Shown one piece after another: positions 31,713-40,405 of a stretch of 64,000 nucleotides of DNA. The notes beneath the pieces were generated by a model. It saw only the letters and a list, made by a program, of their open reading frames with translations. It was not told the origin of the DNA and did not search any database. Position numbers and translations under genes: made by a program. How positions within the stretch are numbered: the stretch's first letter is position 1; each line of letters starts with the position of its first letter. This DNA is from an uncultured Verrucomicrobiae bacterium (GTDB lineage Bacteria; Verrucomicrobiota; Verrucomicrobiia; Chthoniobacterales; UBA10450). The stretch covers positions 392,983 through 456,982 of the forward strand of contig CAWIBO010000003.1 in NCBI GenBank assembly GCA_963834385.1, written 5' to 3'.

Positions 31713-31752
31713 GTCGCGGCGTGGGCGCTTCCCGGTGAAGCGCCGAGGGACC

Positions 31753-32997
31753 TCACTGGCCGATGGTCGAAAACATGCCGGGCCGGCTGCTGCTTTCGGC
31801 CCGCCAGATTGGTCCTTCCTCGGAATGCGGCGGGAGCTTTTGCCCGGCCCCGAGCGGGAACGGTTTGGCCGGGCCCATCCGGAACACCGGCAGAATCGGG
31901 TTGCCGCCCGGTTCCTTGGGATAAGTGGCGCCTTCCTTCTCGATCAGGAAAATCGCGGAAAATTGGCCGCCCGGCTGTTCGCCCACGAGGATTTCGATGG
32001 GATACGATTTGCCCGCCTCCACCTGCACGCGTTCGCCTTTCACAAACCCGCCCGGCTGCTCCGGCTCGCGCCATTTGTAATGATAATTGCCGAGTGACTT
32101 TGTGATTTTCTCCGAGTTGATGTTCCAGCAGGCGCCCAGGACCGTTTTGCCGCGGAACCGGACAAAGAGAACGTCGTCGCCCGCGCCGACGAAACTGAAG
32201 GTGCCGCTTTCGGGCGCGATGACGTCGCCTTTGTACCAGGCCAGCCACATTCTCGGTTGCACGTCGCGGCCGACGTCAAACGCCTTTGGGCCTTCCTCGG
32301 CCGGGATCGCCGGGATGAGGAAACGCGTGGCGTAAAGCGGGCTGGGCGCGCGATAGAATTTGTTCAGGACGGTGGCGTTCCAGCCTTCCTGGATGAATTC
32401 GTAAACGAGCGCCCCGTATTTGTCCGGGTCCATCTCGGTCGGTTTGCGGCCGGCGGTTTGTTTCAGGTCGTAGAACGTTCCCTTGATTCCGCCCGAGCTG
32501 GCTTCGCGCAGGCCGAACATGGAGACCGGGCCGCCGCCCGCGCTCGAGGCGGCCGCGCCCGCCGGCCCGCCGAGGGCGCCAAGGTTCATCCCGGTGGCGC
32601 CCGCCATCTGGTTCGGTTTCACCGCGGCGCGCGGCATGGCCGGCATTTCCGGGAGAGTGAATTTGGCTGCGCCGGTGCTGACGATCCGTTTGACCGCGGG
32701 CGCGCTCATCATGTTCTGTTTTTTCGCCATCTGTACTTTGTGCTCGATCGCGCGGCTGGCGCGGTTCGGGGAAGGGGCGCCCGCCTTGAAGGTGAGCTTG
32801 CGGGTGGCGGCATATTGTTGCACCACCCAGACCGCGGCGATCAGCCCGAGCACGAGGTGAACAATGATGGAGATGAAAAGGAACCGCATCCCCATGAGGC
32901 GGCGGAGCCAGCCCGCGGGCGGTTTCGCGGCGGGAGTTTCGAGCTGGACCGGTTCTGTCTCTCGCGTCTCGACGGGCATCAAATCAGGGGAAGGCAA
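31753..32997 (-). CDS. Membrane-anchored protein with PA14-like C-terminal domain
   Basis: 414 aa with one TM segment (MRFLFISIIVHLVLGLIAAVWVV). The C-terminus WLAWYKGDVIAPESGTFSFVGAGDDVLFVRFRGKTVLG resembles the PA14 core. Confidence 0.5.
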   Translation of the reverse strand: MPSPDLMPVETRETEPVQLETPAAKPPAGWLRRLMGMRFLFISIIVHLVLGLIAAVWVVQQYAATRKLTFKAGAPSPNRASRAIEHKVQMAKKQNMMSAPAVKRIVSTGAAKFTLPEMPAMPRAAVKPNQMAGATGMNLGALGGPAGAAASSAGGGPVSMFGLREASSGGIKGTFYDLKQTAGRKPTEMDPDKYGALVYEFIQEGWNATVLNKFYRAPSPLYATRFLIPAIPAEEGPKAFDVGRDVQPRMWLAWYKGDVIAPESGTFSFVGAGDDVLFVRFRGKTVLGACWNINSEKITKSLGNYHYKWREPEQPGGFVKGERVQVEAGKSYPIEILVGEQPGGQFSAIFLIEKEGATYPKEPGGNPILPVFRMGPAKPFPLGAGQKLPPHSEEGPIWRAESSSRPGMFSTIGQ

Positions 32998-33080
32998 AAA
33001 CGGGATTTTTCCCGCTCCACAGTATCAGCGCTCTCTCGAAACGGAAGGGGCCGATGCCTTTTTTCCGTCACTTTGAGTCA

Positions 33081-33250
33081 GACGAAGAAGATTGAGGTCC
33101 GCAGATTACGCAGATGGACGCAGATTTTGGGGGAGGTGCCGGCGGCGCGACGGTCGGTGGCGGGTCCGCTTCTCTCTTCCGTCATCCTGAGCGAAGCGAA
33201 GGACCTCCCATGCCAGCACAACGCGACGCTTCCAGTTGCACCCTGGAGAG
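33081..33250. repeat. Direct repeat copy 1 (about 170 bp, MITE/REP-like)
   Basis: It aligns by eye with 33896..34058. The shared core is cagattacgcagat..gggggaggtgccggcggcgc..ccgtcatcctgagcgaagcgaaggacctcccatgccagcac. Confidence 0.8.
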
Positions 33251-33294
33251 ATCGCCAATGTGACAGCGTCTGGCGCTCGTTGTAGAATCGTTGC

Positions 33295-33516
33295 GTGAGC
33301 ACTGTCACCGAGATTCGCGAAGCGATCCGAAAGCTGCCAAGCGAGGACGCGTGGAAGCTGGCGGCTGAGTTGCGGGAGTATCTCGACGTTCTTTGGGATC
33401 GGCAATTCGAAGAGGATGTCAAAGCTGGTCGCCTGGACGATATAATCGCACACGCTCGCGAAGCGCACGCCGCGGGCAAGAGTCGGCCGATGGATGAAAT
33501 CATCGGGAACGACTGA
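33295..33516 (+). CDS. Putative antitoxin-like small protein (addiction-module component-like)
   Basis: 73 aa. MSTVTEIREAIRKLPSEDAWKLAAEL...WDRQFEEDVKAGRLDDII has the pattern of small antitoxins that precede RelE/ParE-type toxins. No intact toxin follows it. Confidence 0.4.
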   Translation: MSTVTEIREAIRKLPSEDAWKLAAELREYLDVLWDRQFEEDVKAGRLDDIIAHAREAHAAGKSRPMDEIIGND

Positions 33517-33605
33517 CTTCTGGCGACTTTATCGGCGGTTGCCGGAGCCGGTGGCAAAGAGATCGAAGGATACCTCGTTGGCTGTGCGAACAGGGAAGCG
33601 TTCGC

Positions 33606-33809
33606 TCACGCGAGGGCAACTTCCAACACCTTTGCACTCGGGGATAAACGAACTGGGCTGGGCTCAAACCATAGCTCCAAAGCCTCCTTGGCGTTGTGAA
33701 CTGCCTCTTCCTCGGTTTCACCAGCCGAGGCGCACCCAGGCAGCTCGGGAAAAAACGCGGCCCAACGATTCGTTTCCCGGTCCTGTTCCACCACAAGGCG
33801 CAATTTCAT
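33606..33809 (-). CDS. hicB: HicB-family antitoxin-like protein (UPF0150)
   Basis: 67 aa. MKLRLVVEQDRETNRWAAFFPELPGCASAGETEEEAVHNAKEALELW is the classic HicB N-domain pattern. I could not find a hicA partner. Confidence 0.6.
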   Translation of the reverse strand: MKLRLVVEQDRETNRWAAFFPELPGCASAGETEEEAVHNAKEALELWFEPSPVRLSPSAKVLEVALA

Positions 33810-33895
33810 GATCGAATGGTATGCGGTTCTTCTCTTGACGACAAACTCTCAATCCGATGTCGAGAAGAAGGAGGCGTGGCGATGCCGCGGAGCCT

Positions 33896-34058
33896 AACGA
33901 AGATGAAGTCCACAGATTACGCAGATTGACACAGATTAGGGGGAGGTGCCGGCGGCGCAACGGCCGGCGCCGGAGCTGCTTTCCCTTCCGTCATCCTGAG
34001 CGAAGCGAAGGACCTCCCATGCCAGCACCCGCAACGCCCCCAGTGTTACCTTGGAGGA
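33896..34058. repeat. Direct repeat copy 2 (about 163 bp)
   Basis: Same orientation as copy 1 and near-identical over the central core of roughly 60 nt. It brackets the two antitoxin-like genes. Confidence 0.8.
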
Positions 34059-34138
34059 CCCGATAGGCATAAAATGCGATAGCGAATGCAGCTCGCAGCG
34101 GAGAAGTTCCGCCACTGCGAAGGGTGCCCTTCCGAGGC

Positions 34139-34471
34139 TCAAGGTTTATCAATGGGAACCAGATCGACCATGCTGATCACCGCGTCCACGCGTCCCGTCT
34201 CCCGATGAATCCCAACCCGATAAATCTCCCCGGCTTGTAGAAGGAATCGGACAACAAAGATGGGGATGCTCCCACCCGATTCCGGTTCAATCGTTCCCTC
34301 CGTCACTTTGACGATGGTCGATTCGGGCAGCCTGTGCCCGTCGCGTTCGAGAGCCCCCTTGGCGATTCGAATGGCCTCACGCTGCGACACTGGTTGATGC
34401 CTGGTAAGCTGATCATCTTTGAAGGAGCAGCCCGCAACCAACAAAGTGACGACAAGAAAGAAACGTCTCAT
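34139..34471 (-). CDS. Small lipoprotein, hypothetical
   Basis: 110 aa with lipobox MRRFFLVVTLLVAGC. Confidence 0.55.
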   Translation of the reverse strand: MRRFFLVVTLLVAGCSFKDDQLTRHQPVSQREAIRIAKGALERDGHRLPESTIVKVTEGTIEPESGGSIPIFVVRFLLQAGEIYRVGIHRETGRVDAVISMVDLVPIDKP

Positions 34472-34544
34472 GGGCCGGGAGCCGTTTTTCCTTTGTCCAT
34501 TGGGAAGGGTTGACGTGACTTTAGCCGAACGGAAGATCTCGGAG

Positions 34545-34586
34545 AGCGATTTTTCTTGGGTCGAGCCTTTGGAACCTTTTTGACCT
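34545..34586. repeat. Short intergenic repeat, copy 1
   Basis: agcgatttttcttgggtcgagcctttggaacctttttgacct matches 35289..35345, apart from a 12-13 nt insertion in the second copy. Confidence 0.5.
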
Positions 34587-34609
34587 CGGCGGTCTGCGTC
34601 CGGGCGCGG

Positions 34610-35146
34610 CTAAAGATCGCCGTATGCGCGGCCGGTATAATCTTCAAATTTAAAGCCGCTGCGCTCAGTGATCTTGCGCTGTGCTTTTAGAACAAATGTG
34701 AAAAGCAGGTGGCCACGGATGCCACGCGCCGCCACCAGGCCATCGCCGGTGCCGAACGAATACGACTTCACGATTTCAAGACGCCGATCGTCGTAGCCTA
34801 TCCAGAAGGGGAGGCGGACGAAGCCCAAGTCGTTTTTGAGCTGGAAAAGCGCTGCTTTTACCGGTTCGTTTCCTTCCGAAAACTCGCCCAACGCCATGAC
34901 AAACCACGCGATGTCAACGATGGCGGGATGCTGTTCCCATGAGAGTGCGGGATGCGCATTTAAGTCGAGATGGGCTGCTGCGGCGGACTCACGCAGCCGA
35001 GTGACCGCGAGTTCCAGCCCGCCAAGGACCATCTCTTCGTCGTATCTGATATCGACCGACGTCGTGCCTTCCGCCTCAACAGCCCGAATCGGCGAGCTGC
35101 CTGCGAGGCAGAACAACACAGCTATAACGACCTTCCTAGATGTCAT
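34610..35146 (-). CDS. Secreted hypothetical protein
   Basis: The ATG at 35146 gives the signal-like MTSRKVVIAVLFCLAGSSPIRAVEA. 178 aa. Confidence 0.5.
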   Translation of the reverse strand: MTSRKVVIAVLFCLAGSSPIRAVEAEGTTSVDIRYDEEMVLGGLELAVTRLRESAAAAHLDLNAHPALSWEQHPAIVDIAWFVMALGEFSEGNEPVKAALFQLKNDLGFVRLPFWIGYDDRRLEIVKSYSFGTGDGLVAARGIRGHLLFTFVLKAQRKITERSGFKFEDYTGRAYGDL

Positions 35147-35288
35147 CTGTATCTGCAGGTGCCATTCTCTACGGTGTAGCACTATCATGAGCAGGAGCAG
35201 GAGTCGCGGCAAAAGCCGCGGAGCCTACACGGTCCGCTACGTTCTTGTCATTTTCGGCTTTTCTTAAAATGAAACGGAAAAACTGCGA

Positions 35289-35345
35289 AGGCGATTTCTC
35301 CTGGGTCGAGCCCTTGAATCGACCCATTTGGAACCTTTTTGACAT
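35289..35345. repeat. Short intergenic repeat, copy 2
   Basis: aggcgatttctcctgggtcgagcccttgaatcgacccatttggaacctttttgacat. Confidence 0.5.
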
Positions 35346-35463
35346 TCTGCTTAAATACCCGGCAAAACCGGACGCGAGATCCTGTTTTTCCAGGGTTACG
35401 GACCCTCGTTTGATACCCTTTTGACAGTTGGCGGCGAACATTGGTCCTCACTCGGCATCGCTA

Positions 35464-37021
35464 TTAGACGCTCCAACGCTGTATAATGTCGATCAAGCCG
35501 CGGGTGTCTTGCGCGCAGTATTTTTCGAGTGCTCTTCCTGACACGGCGTCGTTCCCACCAGCTAATTTGAGAAACGCTGATCCGCATGAATTCGCGGCTG
35601 GCGATCTCACCGTCGCTGATCTGCAGGCCGTCGTAGGACGTCGCTGTCAATGCCGGCAACACCGCTTTGAGCGACGCGCTGCCATTCTGCGATGGATGAT
35701 AATATGCCATCCCGCGGAATACTTCGAGCAAATCGAGAAAACGCCGCGACACTGCGCTGACCCACTGAGCGCACTCCGGGAAATACAACGCACAGTCGGC
35801 TAGTCTCTTGGCTTCGAAGTTCGTGTTGTAGCCAACGATGCTGCCGCGCTCGCCTAACAGCTCTCTGAGCTCAAGGAGGAACGCTGGTCGAGGATCGTCG
35901 TTGCCGTCGGCAAGAAAGCTGTGGTGCTCCACCCGCGCGCCTTTGCTTCTGATGATGTGGAGGGAGAATTGAAACGGGATCTGGGTGTACGGGCGGGACC
36001 GGTCGAATAGCGGAACAGCCGACTGGATTGTTTCGAAATCGAGGAAATGCAACGGATACTCGAGTCGCGACAGGAATTGTCTTATCGCTGCGCGATCTAC
36101 GTGTGGCGTTCCGCTTCGGTGAGATGCGACCTGTCGAACCTGCGCGTCGGTTAGAACCATATCTGATGGCATGTCTTCGATTCGAAGAATCCCTCGAGCG
36201 AGCAGATCCCAAGGCCGGCTTTTTGCGTTCCGTAAATCGAACACGCTCGGTTTCGGGAGAAAAGCCCAGCACGATTCCATCAGCGAACAGTCATATGGGT
36301 CCGTGCAATGACGTGACACCTTCACGTCCGGACATTCCGCTAAAGCCAAAACCGGTTTCATTTCTTCCACCTTTCCATGAACCGCCGGTAGCAGTGCGTT
36401 GATCGGGACGGTTACGTCAATTCGGGTTAGCAATTGATGCGGATTAATGTCGCCGGTCCGAATGTATTTTTTGTTCACCAACAGCAGGTAACAGTTCCTA
36501 ATCGATAGTCCTGCGCCTTCGTAGACGTAGCGTTGGAAGGCGAGATCCTGGAGATAAACCTCTCTGAGATCATCTAAGTCTTCGGGGACTCCTGAGCTCT
36601 TTACCTCGATGACGTCCCAGCGCCCATCTGCCGTTGGAGCAAGAATGTCCGCTCTGCTAAAGCACCCGTTGTAAATGAATGAAGCTTCGAAGATCGCTTT
36701 ACCTTGGCGCAGCGCATCGCGAGTCGCGCTAACGGGTTCGGCAAAGCCACCTATATCGCCAAGATCGACACCGCCAGGATATAGCTTCTTCGCCCACTGG
36801 CCGACTTTGTGGCCCTGATCGAAAATGGCTTCCAAGGTGGCGTCAACCGGCGGAAGCAGAGCCTTGTTGTTATAATGAATCCAGAGCGCTTTCGGACACT
36901 GCAGGCCAACCAGATACTTTGTCTTCGATATTAACGGCGGCCCTTTGAGCGACGCCTCGTTTTCTAGAGCGAACCAGCCGGTAAGCAACCGACCTAGGGA
37001 TAAAACAGCCGATCGCATCAT
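35464..37021 (-). pseudogene. DUF2779-type protein: N-terminal Cas4/RecB-like PD-(D/E)XK nuclease plus C-terminal DEDD-like exonuclease domain; C-terminal frameshift at about 35570-35590
   Basis: Motifs seen: KTKYLVGLQCPKALW, RADIL...WDVIEVKSS (D..ExK), LQDLAFQRYVY (QxxxY), the Cys cluster CTDPYDCSLMESC, then HFLDFETIQ..IPFQFSLH and VGYNTNFE. Shifting frame near 35580 restores ...GRALEKYCAQDTRGLIDIIQRWSV* (YC..DT motif) with a stop at 35464. Confidence 0.7.
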
Positions 37022-37035
37022 GACAAAGCCGCGAA

Positions 37036-37311
37036 CTACTTGCCGAACCAATCCGTGATATCGAAAAAGACGCTTAACTCCTTCCCGTCCGGTCCCTGCA
37101 AGATGATTTCATCGATCTGACGACCCGCTTCGTTTTTGCGAGAACGCTGGCGGAGCTTCTGATGCCGCGGGAACTGCGCTTTTATCCACGCTTTTTCAGC
37201 GGCAACACCCTGCTGCTCGTTCTTTGCCTTTGGCAGCGTGATGTGAGCCGAAGCATCCGCGGCCCAATTGGGATCGATCATCCAGTTTTGTTGGTCGTCT
37301 TCTTCTAACAT
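37036..37311 (-). CDS. Hypothetical 91-aa protein (island operon)
   Basis: The ORF is tightly packed. Its start lies 6 nt after the upstream stop, and its stop lies 14 nt before the DUF2779 ATG. No recognisable domain. Confidence 0.45.
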   Translation of the reverse strand: MLEEDDQQNWMIDPNWAADASAHITLPKAKNEQQGVAAEKAWIKAQFPRHQKLRQRSRKNEAGRQIDEIILQGPDGKELSVFFDITDWFGK

Positions 37312-37317
37312 TGTCTT

Positions 37318-37536
37318 TCAGCTGCGGTTCCGACCAGCCAGACTGCCCAGCCAAAGTCTGCGGTTCCGCGTCGAGTCCGAGGCAAGGCCGCTGATTTTGC
37401 GCTGAGCGTCGACAATCGCTTGGGCGTCCCGTTTGTCAGCGACCCAGGCGATTAATTTCTTTTGTGGCCCGACAATCGCCCACGGAAATCCATTCGGCGG
37501 ATTAATCTGTGCTGCGTCAATTTTCCACTGATTCAT
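37318..37536 (-). CDS. Hypothetical 72-aa protein (island operon)
   Basis: ORF MNQWKIDAAQINPPNGFPWAIVGPQKKLIAWVADKRDAQAIVDAQRK... No recognisable domain. Confidence 0.4.
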   Translation of the reverse strand: MNQWKIDAAQINPPNGFPWAIVGPQKKLIAWVADKRDAQAIVDAQRKISGLASDSTRNRRLWLGSLAGRNRS

Positions 37537-37615
37537 GTCCTTAAGCTTAGCCGCGAGAAGGCGCTAACTTCAGGACAAAGTTCGGGGACGGAATCCATCC
37601 AGCCATTAGTCGCCA

Positions 37616-38227
37616 TCAAATGTAATTTGCAATCGCATCGGCGATCTTGAATCGGCATCCAAGCGACTGAGCCCTTAACGGGTGAGCGGGCGCGGTTGAT
37701 AGTGATGGGGGATTATAAACTACTTTCGAAGTAGCGCCGTTTAAATAGAACGGACTCGGACGCGGACTGAGGGATGACAATGCAGCTAAAGCGGAAGCAG
37801 CCTGGCCCTTCGGAAAATTACTCCCCCAAGCAAACCAACAAAATCTCGCGCTGCGATTGGGTGATTGGTCGCCTGGACACAGGCTTTTCAACGCAGCGTA
37901 AACATTTGAGTTGCATAAATAAAAAAGGTTTAGAATCTCGACATAGTCTCCTATTTTCGGGCCTCCGCGCTTCGCCTTTAGTTGCGCTTCATTCAGGATT
38001 TTGATCACCGCGTGCATCGTGTTGTCTAGCGTCGGCCAAACGCCCCAAGTAGTCGTTGCGGCTACCGGCTTCTGTGTGCCGGGATTGCACATCCAAATGA
38101 TACCGACACAATTACCCTGATGCTGCTGGTAACTTTGGATAGGCGTCGTGGCAGGCAGAAAGTACGCCCTAGTGTCCTTACGCGTGTGCGGCGGACCTAC
38201 ATCCCATTGTCCGTAAACGAGCGCCAT
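37616..38227 (-). CDS. DUF1643-like (uracil-DNA-glycosylase-fold) protein
   Basis: 203 aa. VGIIWMCNPGT...LDNTMHAVIKIL...YVEILNLFYLCNSN...RFCWFAWGSNF parallels the DUF1643 pattern (mlNPStA..D.T...v.NLF...aWG) as I recall it from memory. Confidence 0.5.
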   Translation of the reverse strand: MALVYGQWDVGPPHTRKDTRAYFLPATTPIQSYQQHQGNCVGIIWMCNPGTQKPVAATTTWGVWPTLDNTMHAVIKILNEAQLKAKRGGPKIGDYVEILNLFYLCNSNVYAALKSLCPGDQSPNRSARFCWFAWGSNFPKGQAASALAALSSLSPRPSPFYLNGATSKVVYNPPSLSTAPAHPLRAQSLGCRFKIADAIANYI

Positions 38228-38241
38228 ATTCTTGAGCCGCT

Positions 38242-39288
38242 TTAACCCTTCTGAAGCAATTTTCGCAGCCGACGAAAATCGCCGGAATCCTTAAACCCGA
38301 TCTTTGCGGCAACAAACTCATAGCGTTTGTCACCTTTCAATCCTTGTCGGCGCGCAAAGCGATCAGCGAGCTTTGCCTCTCGTTTAAGGCCGACTAGTTC
38401 GCGTCGGCCGATTGAAAAGCCTAGCCCTTGTCGGGCGATACCCCGTGCTCGATGTAGCTGCATCACTTTCGAAAAATCGAGGTCACGCTTCGGGTCCAAG
38501 CTGAGATATCCCGGAATGAACAATTGCGTTCCATACGGAGTAAAGACGACCGACGTTTTCAGCAGCAGTGGTGTGTCGTCCTCCATTCCCCACAGATAGT
38601 ACTTCCAGCAAAGTAGGTCGAATAAGGCTTGGAAACGCGCGCCGTCATCGGTGAACTCGGCGCCCGGACCGCGTTCCCAATTCCGTTCTGGCATTAAGGA
38701 GCGATTGATTACTTTCTTCCGAGCGATCGATTGCGGGAAAGTTTGTTTGAGAAGGGCCCATTCGTTTCGAAAGTCTTCTGACTGCTCCAGATAGAATAGA
38801 TACTCATCATACTTCTCCTGCGCCCTCAGGTAAAATTCGTAGCGCCCTTCATGCACCAGCGTTTCTGATTCTCGGATCACCCCCGGCGCGGCAACCTCCA
38901 GTCGATTGAAACCGCATCGACCGTCAGCGGCATTAAACTGAACAATCATTTCAGCGAGGAGGATCGCCGCGGGATCCGGCGAGGCTGAAGTGAGCGCGCT
39001 CTTCAAGTAGTTGGCGTAATTTTCTGGAAACGCGGGGAAGGCGGATTCGCACTGCCAAAAAGCGTAACAGCACCAGCCTAGTGCTTCGGCCAGCAGCTCC
39101 ACGTTGGGATCGTCATTTTTCGCCAGGACTTTCGGAACTCTTGCAAACAGAAATTCGATTAGGGATCGCGCCTCGGTCGAATCGACAAACGGTAGCGATT
39201 TTAGATGAGCGACGACTTTGGATCGCCATCCCGTTTTAGGGAGACCAAACCGATTCAACCATGTCGCCGCGAACGCCTGTTCACGCAT
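38242..39288 (-). CDS. Hypothetical 348-aa protein, first gene of the island minus-strand operon
   Basis: Long ORF with coherent coding texture. Its stop lies 14 nt before the next start. No motif I can name. Confidence 0.55.
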   Translation of the reverse strand: MREQAFAATWLNRFGLPKTGWRSKVVAHLKSLPFVDSTEARSLIEFLFARVPKVLAKNDDPNVELLAEALGWCCYAFWQCESAFPAFPENYANYLKSALTSASPDPAAILLAEMIVQFNAADGRCGFNRLEVAAPGVIRESETLVHEGRYEFYLRAQEKYDEYLFYLEQSEDFRNEWALLKQTFPQSIARKKVINRSLMPERNWERGPGAEFTDDGARFQALFDLLCWKYYLWGMEDDTPLLLKTSVVFTPYGTQLFIPGYLSLDPKRDLDFSKVMQLHRARGIARQGLGFSIGRRELVGLKREAKLADRFARRQGLKGDKRYEFVAAKIGFKDSGDFRRLRKLLQKG

Positions 39289-39379
39289 CAGTTACGTTAT
39301 ACGCGGCACGGCAGGAAACGCGAAGGCTGAAGATTGGTCCCATACTCAGTCCTGAATTTCCTCTTCGACATCCAGTAAG

Positions 39380-40405
39380 TTGGCGGCGTTGAAAACGATT
39401 GGGCCAATCATAACCGCACTAGATATCGGCCACTCGAAGTGCTGCATGGCCTGCGCCGAGGCAGACCCGCGCGGGTTTCTCCAGCTAATCGGAGTCGCCG
39501 AACGGTCATTCCTGATCGATCCGCCCCAAGCGAACGCATCAGCCGATTTATTGCAGAGAACGATCGCCGATCTCGTTAGACATTTCGAGCAGAAACACGA
39601 AATTGTAATTCACACTGTTCAGCTGGCCGTCAACGGAAAGGACATTCGAGGCGAAACATTCGCCGATGCCGAGCAAGCGGCCATCCCCTTCGGGAACGAA
39701 ATCATTCATCGGTTCGATAGCTGCGGTCGCGAAGTTGATTGGTGGAATTTCGCGCAGGGACACATCATTCACGCGAAAAGAAGTTCGATCGAAGAGAAAA
39801 TAAGGATCGCACGCCGCGCCGGTCTCCAGGTGAATCGACTAGTTCTCACTAGTTTGGCCAGCGCATTTGCCGTGACTAGATCGGCGGAACGCGACGGTCG
39901 GAATTGCCTGGTGATCGATATTGGCAGTAGCAGTGCCGGCTATGTTTTATTTTACGAGGGCAGCATTGCAGCCAGCGGAGTCATCGAAGCCGGAGGACAT
40001 CTAATCACCGCCGAAATTGCGTCTTCTCAAAATGTCTCGTGGGCAAAAGCGGAGCAACTAAAACTGGCCCCGCCCAATGACTCGGCAGAAAGCGAGATCA
40101 TCGCGCGTCATTTGATTGAGCTTTTTTGCAATGTCGCTGAGAAGGTCCGCAGTGGGTTATCGAAGACTGGGTATGTCTACCTGACTGGCGGAACGAGTCG
40201 ATTTCCAAACATCGAACTGATTGCCGCGGGAGTGTTCGATCGACCGGTTTATCGCGCTGCCGCGTTGAACTTCGTGGGCGAATGCGAGCCTACGCGACCG
40301 GAACAATCCACTGCGTTGGGGTTGCTAAAATACGCCGTGTCACACGGTAGCGTCCCGCGCAAAGAATGGCAGGCACGGCGCTGCACCAGGAACCCAGTTT
40401 TATGA
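39380..40405 (+). CDS. FtsA/actin-fold (ASKHA) ATPase-like protein
   Basis: Phosphate-1 ITALDIGHSK, phosphate-2 CLVIDIGSSSAGYVLF, then GGHLITAEIA and the adenosine motif YLTGGTSRFPNI. A region resembling the FtsA SHS2 (1C) insert lies between them. TTG start, so the start is uncertain. Confidence 0.7.
   Translation: MAALKTIGPIITALDIGHSKCCMACAEADPRGFLQLIGVAERSFLIDPPQANASADLLQRTIADLVRHFEQKHEIVIHTVQLAVNGKDIRGETFADAEQAAIPFGNEIIHRFDSCGREVDWWNFAQGHIIHAKRSSIEEKIRIARRAGLQVNRLVLTSLASAFAVTRSAERDGRNCLVIDIGSSSAGYVLFYEGSIAASGVIEAGGHLITAEIASSQNVSWAKAEQLKLAPPNDSAESEIIARHLIELFCNVAEKVRSGLSKTGYVYLTGGTSRFPNIELIAAGVFDRPVYRAAALNFVGECEPTRPEQSTALGLLKYAVSHGSVPRKEWQARRCTRNPVL

Noticed and set aside
33494-33811. 105-aa ORF after the antitoxin-like gene that might be a RelE/ParE-type toxin.
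   Set aside because: Only the first roughly 20 residues (TTDFWRLYRRLPEPVAKR) resemble a toxin N-terminus. The rest has no toxin motifs in any frame I tried and overlaps the HicB-like gene on the other strand. At most it is a remnant.
35217-35228. Short matches to the tRNA-Asp 3' end (cggagcctac) at 35219-35228, and cgcggagccta at 33886-33896, as possible att remnants.
   Set aside because: The matches are only 9-10 nt and do not extend into the T-arm sequence. Neither coincides with the compositional boundary. That is too weak to call an attachment site without a proper alignment.
35325-35345. A sigma-54-like element (TGGAAC-N5-TGACA) inside the short island repeat.
   Set aside because: The GG-to-GC spacing does not fit the -24/-12 consensus, since the expected GC position reads AC. 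The motif also lies on the strand opposite to the neighbouring genes.
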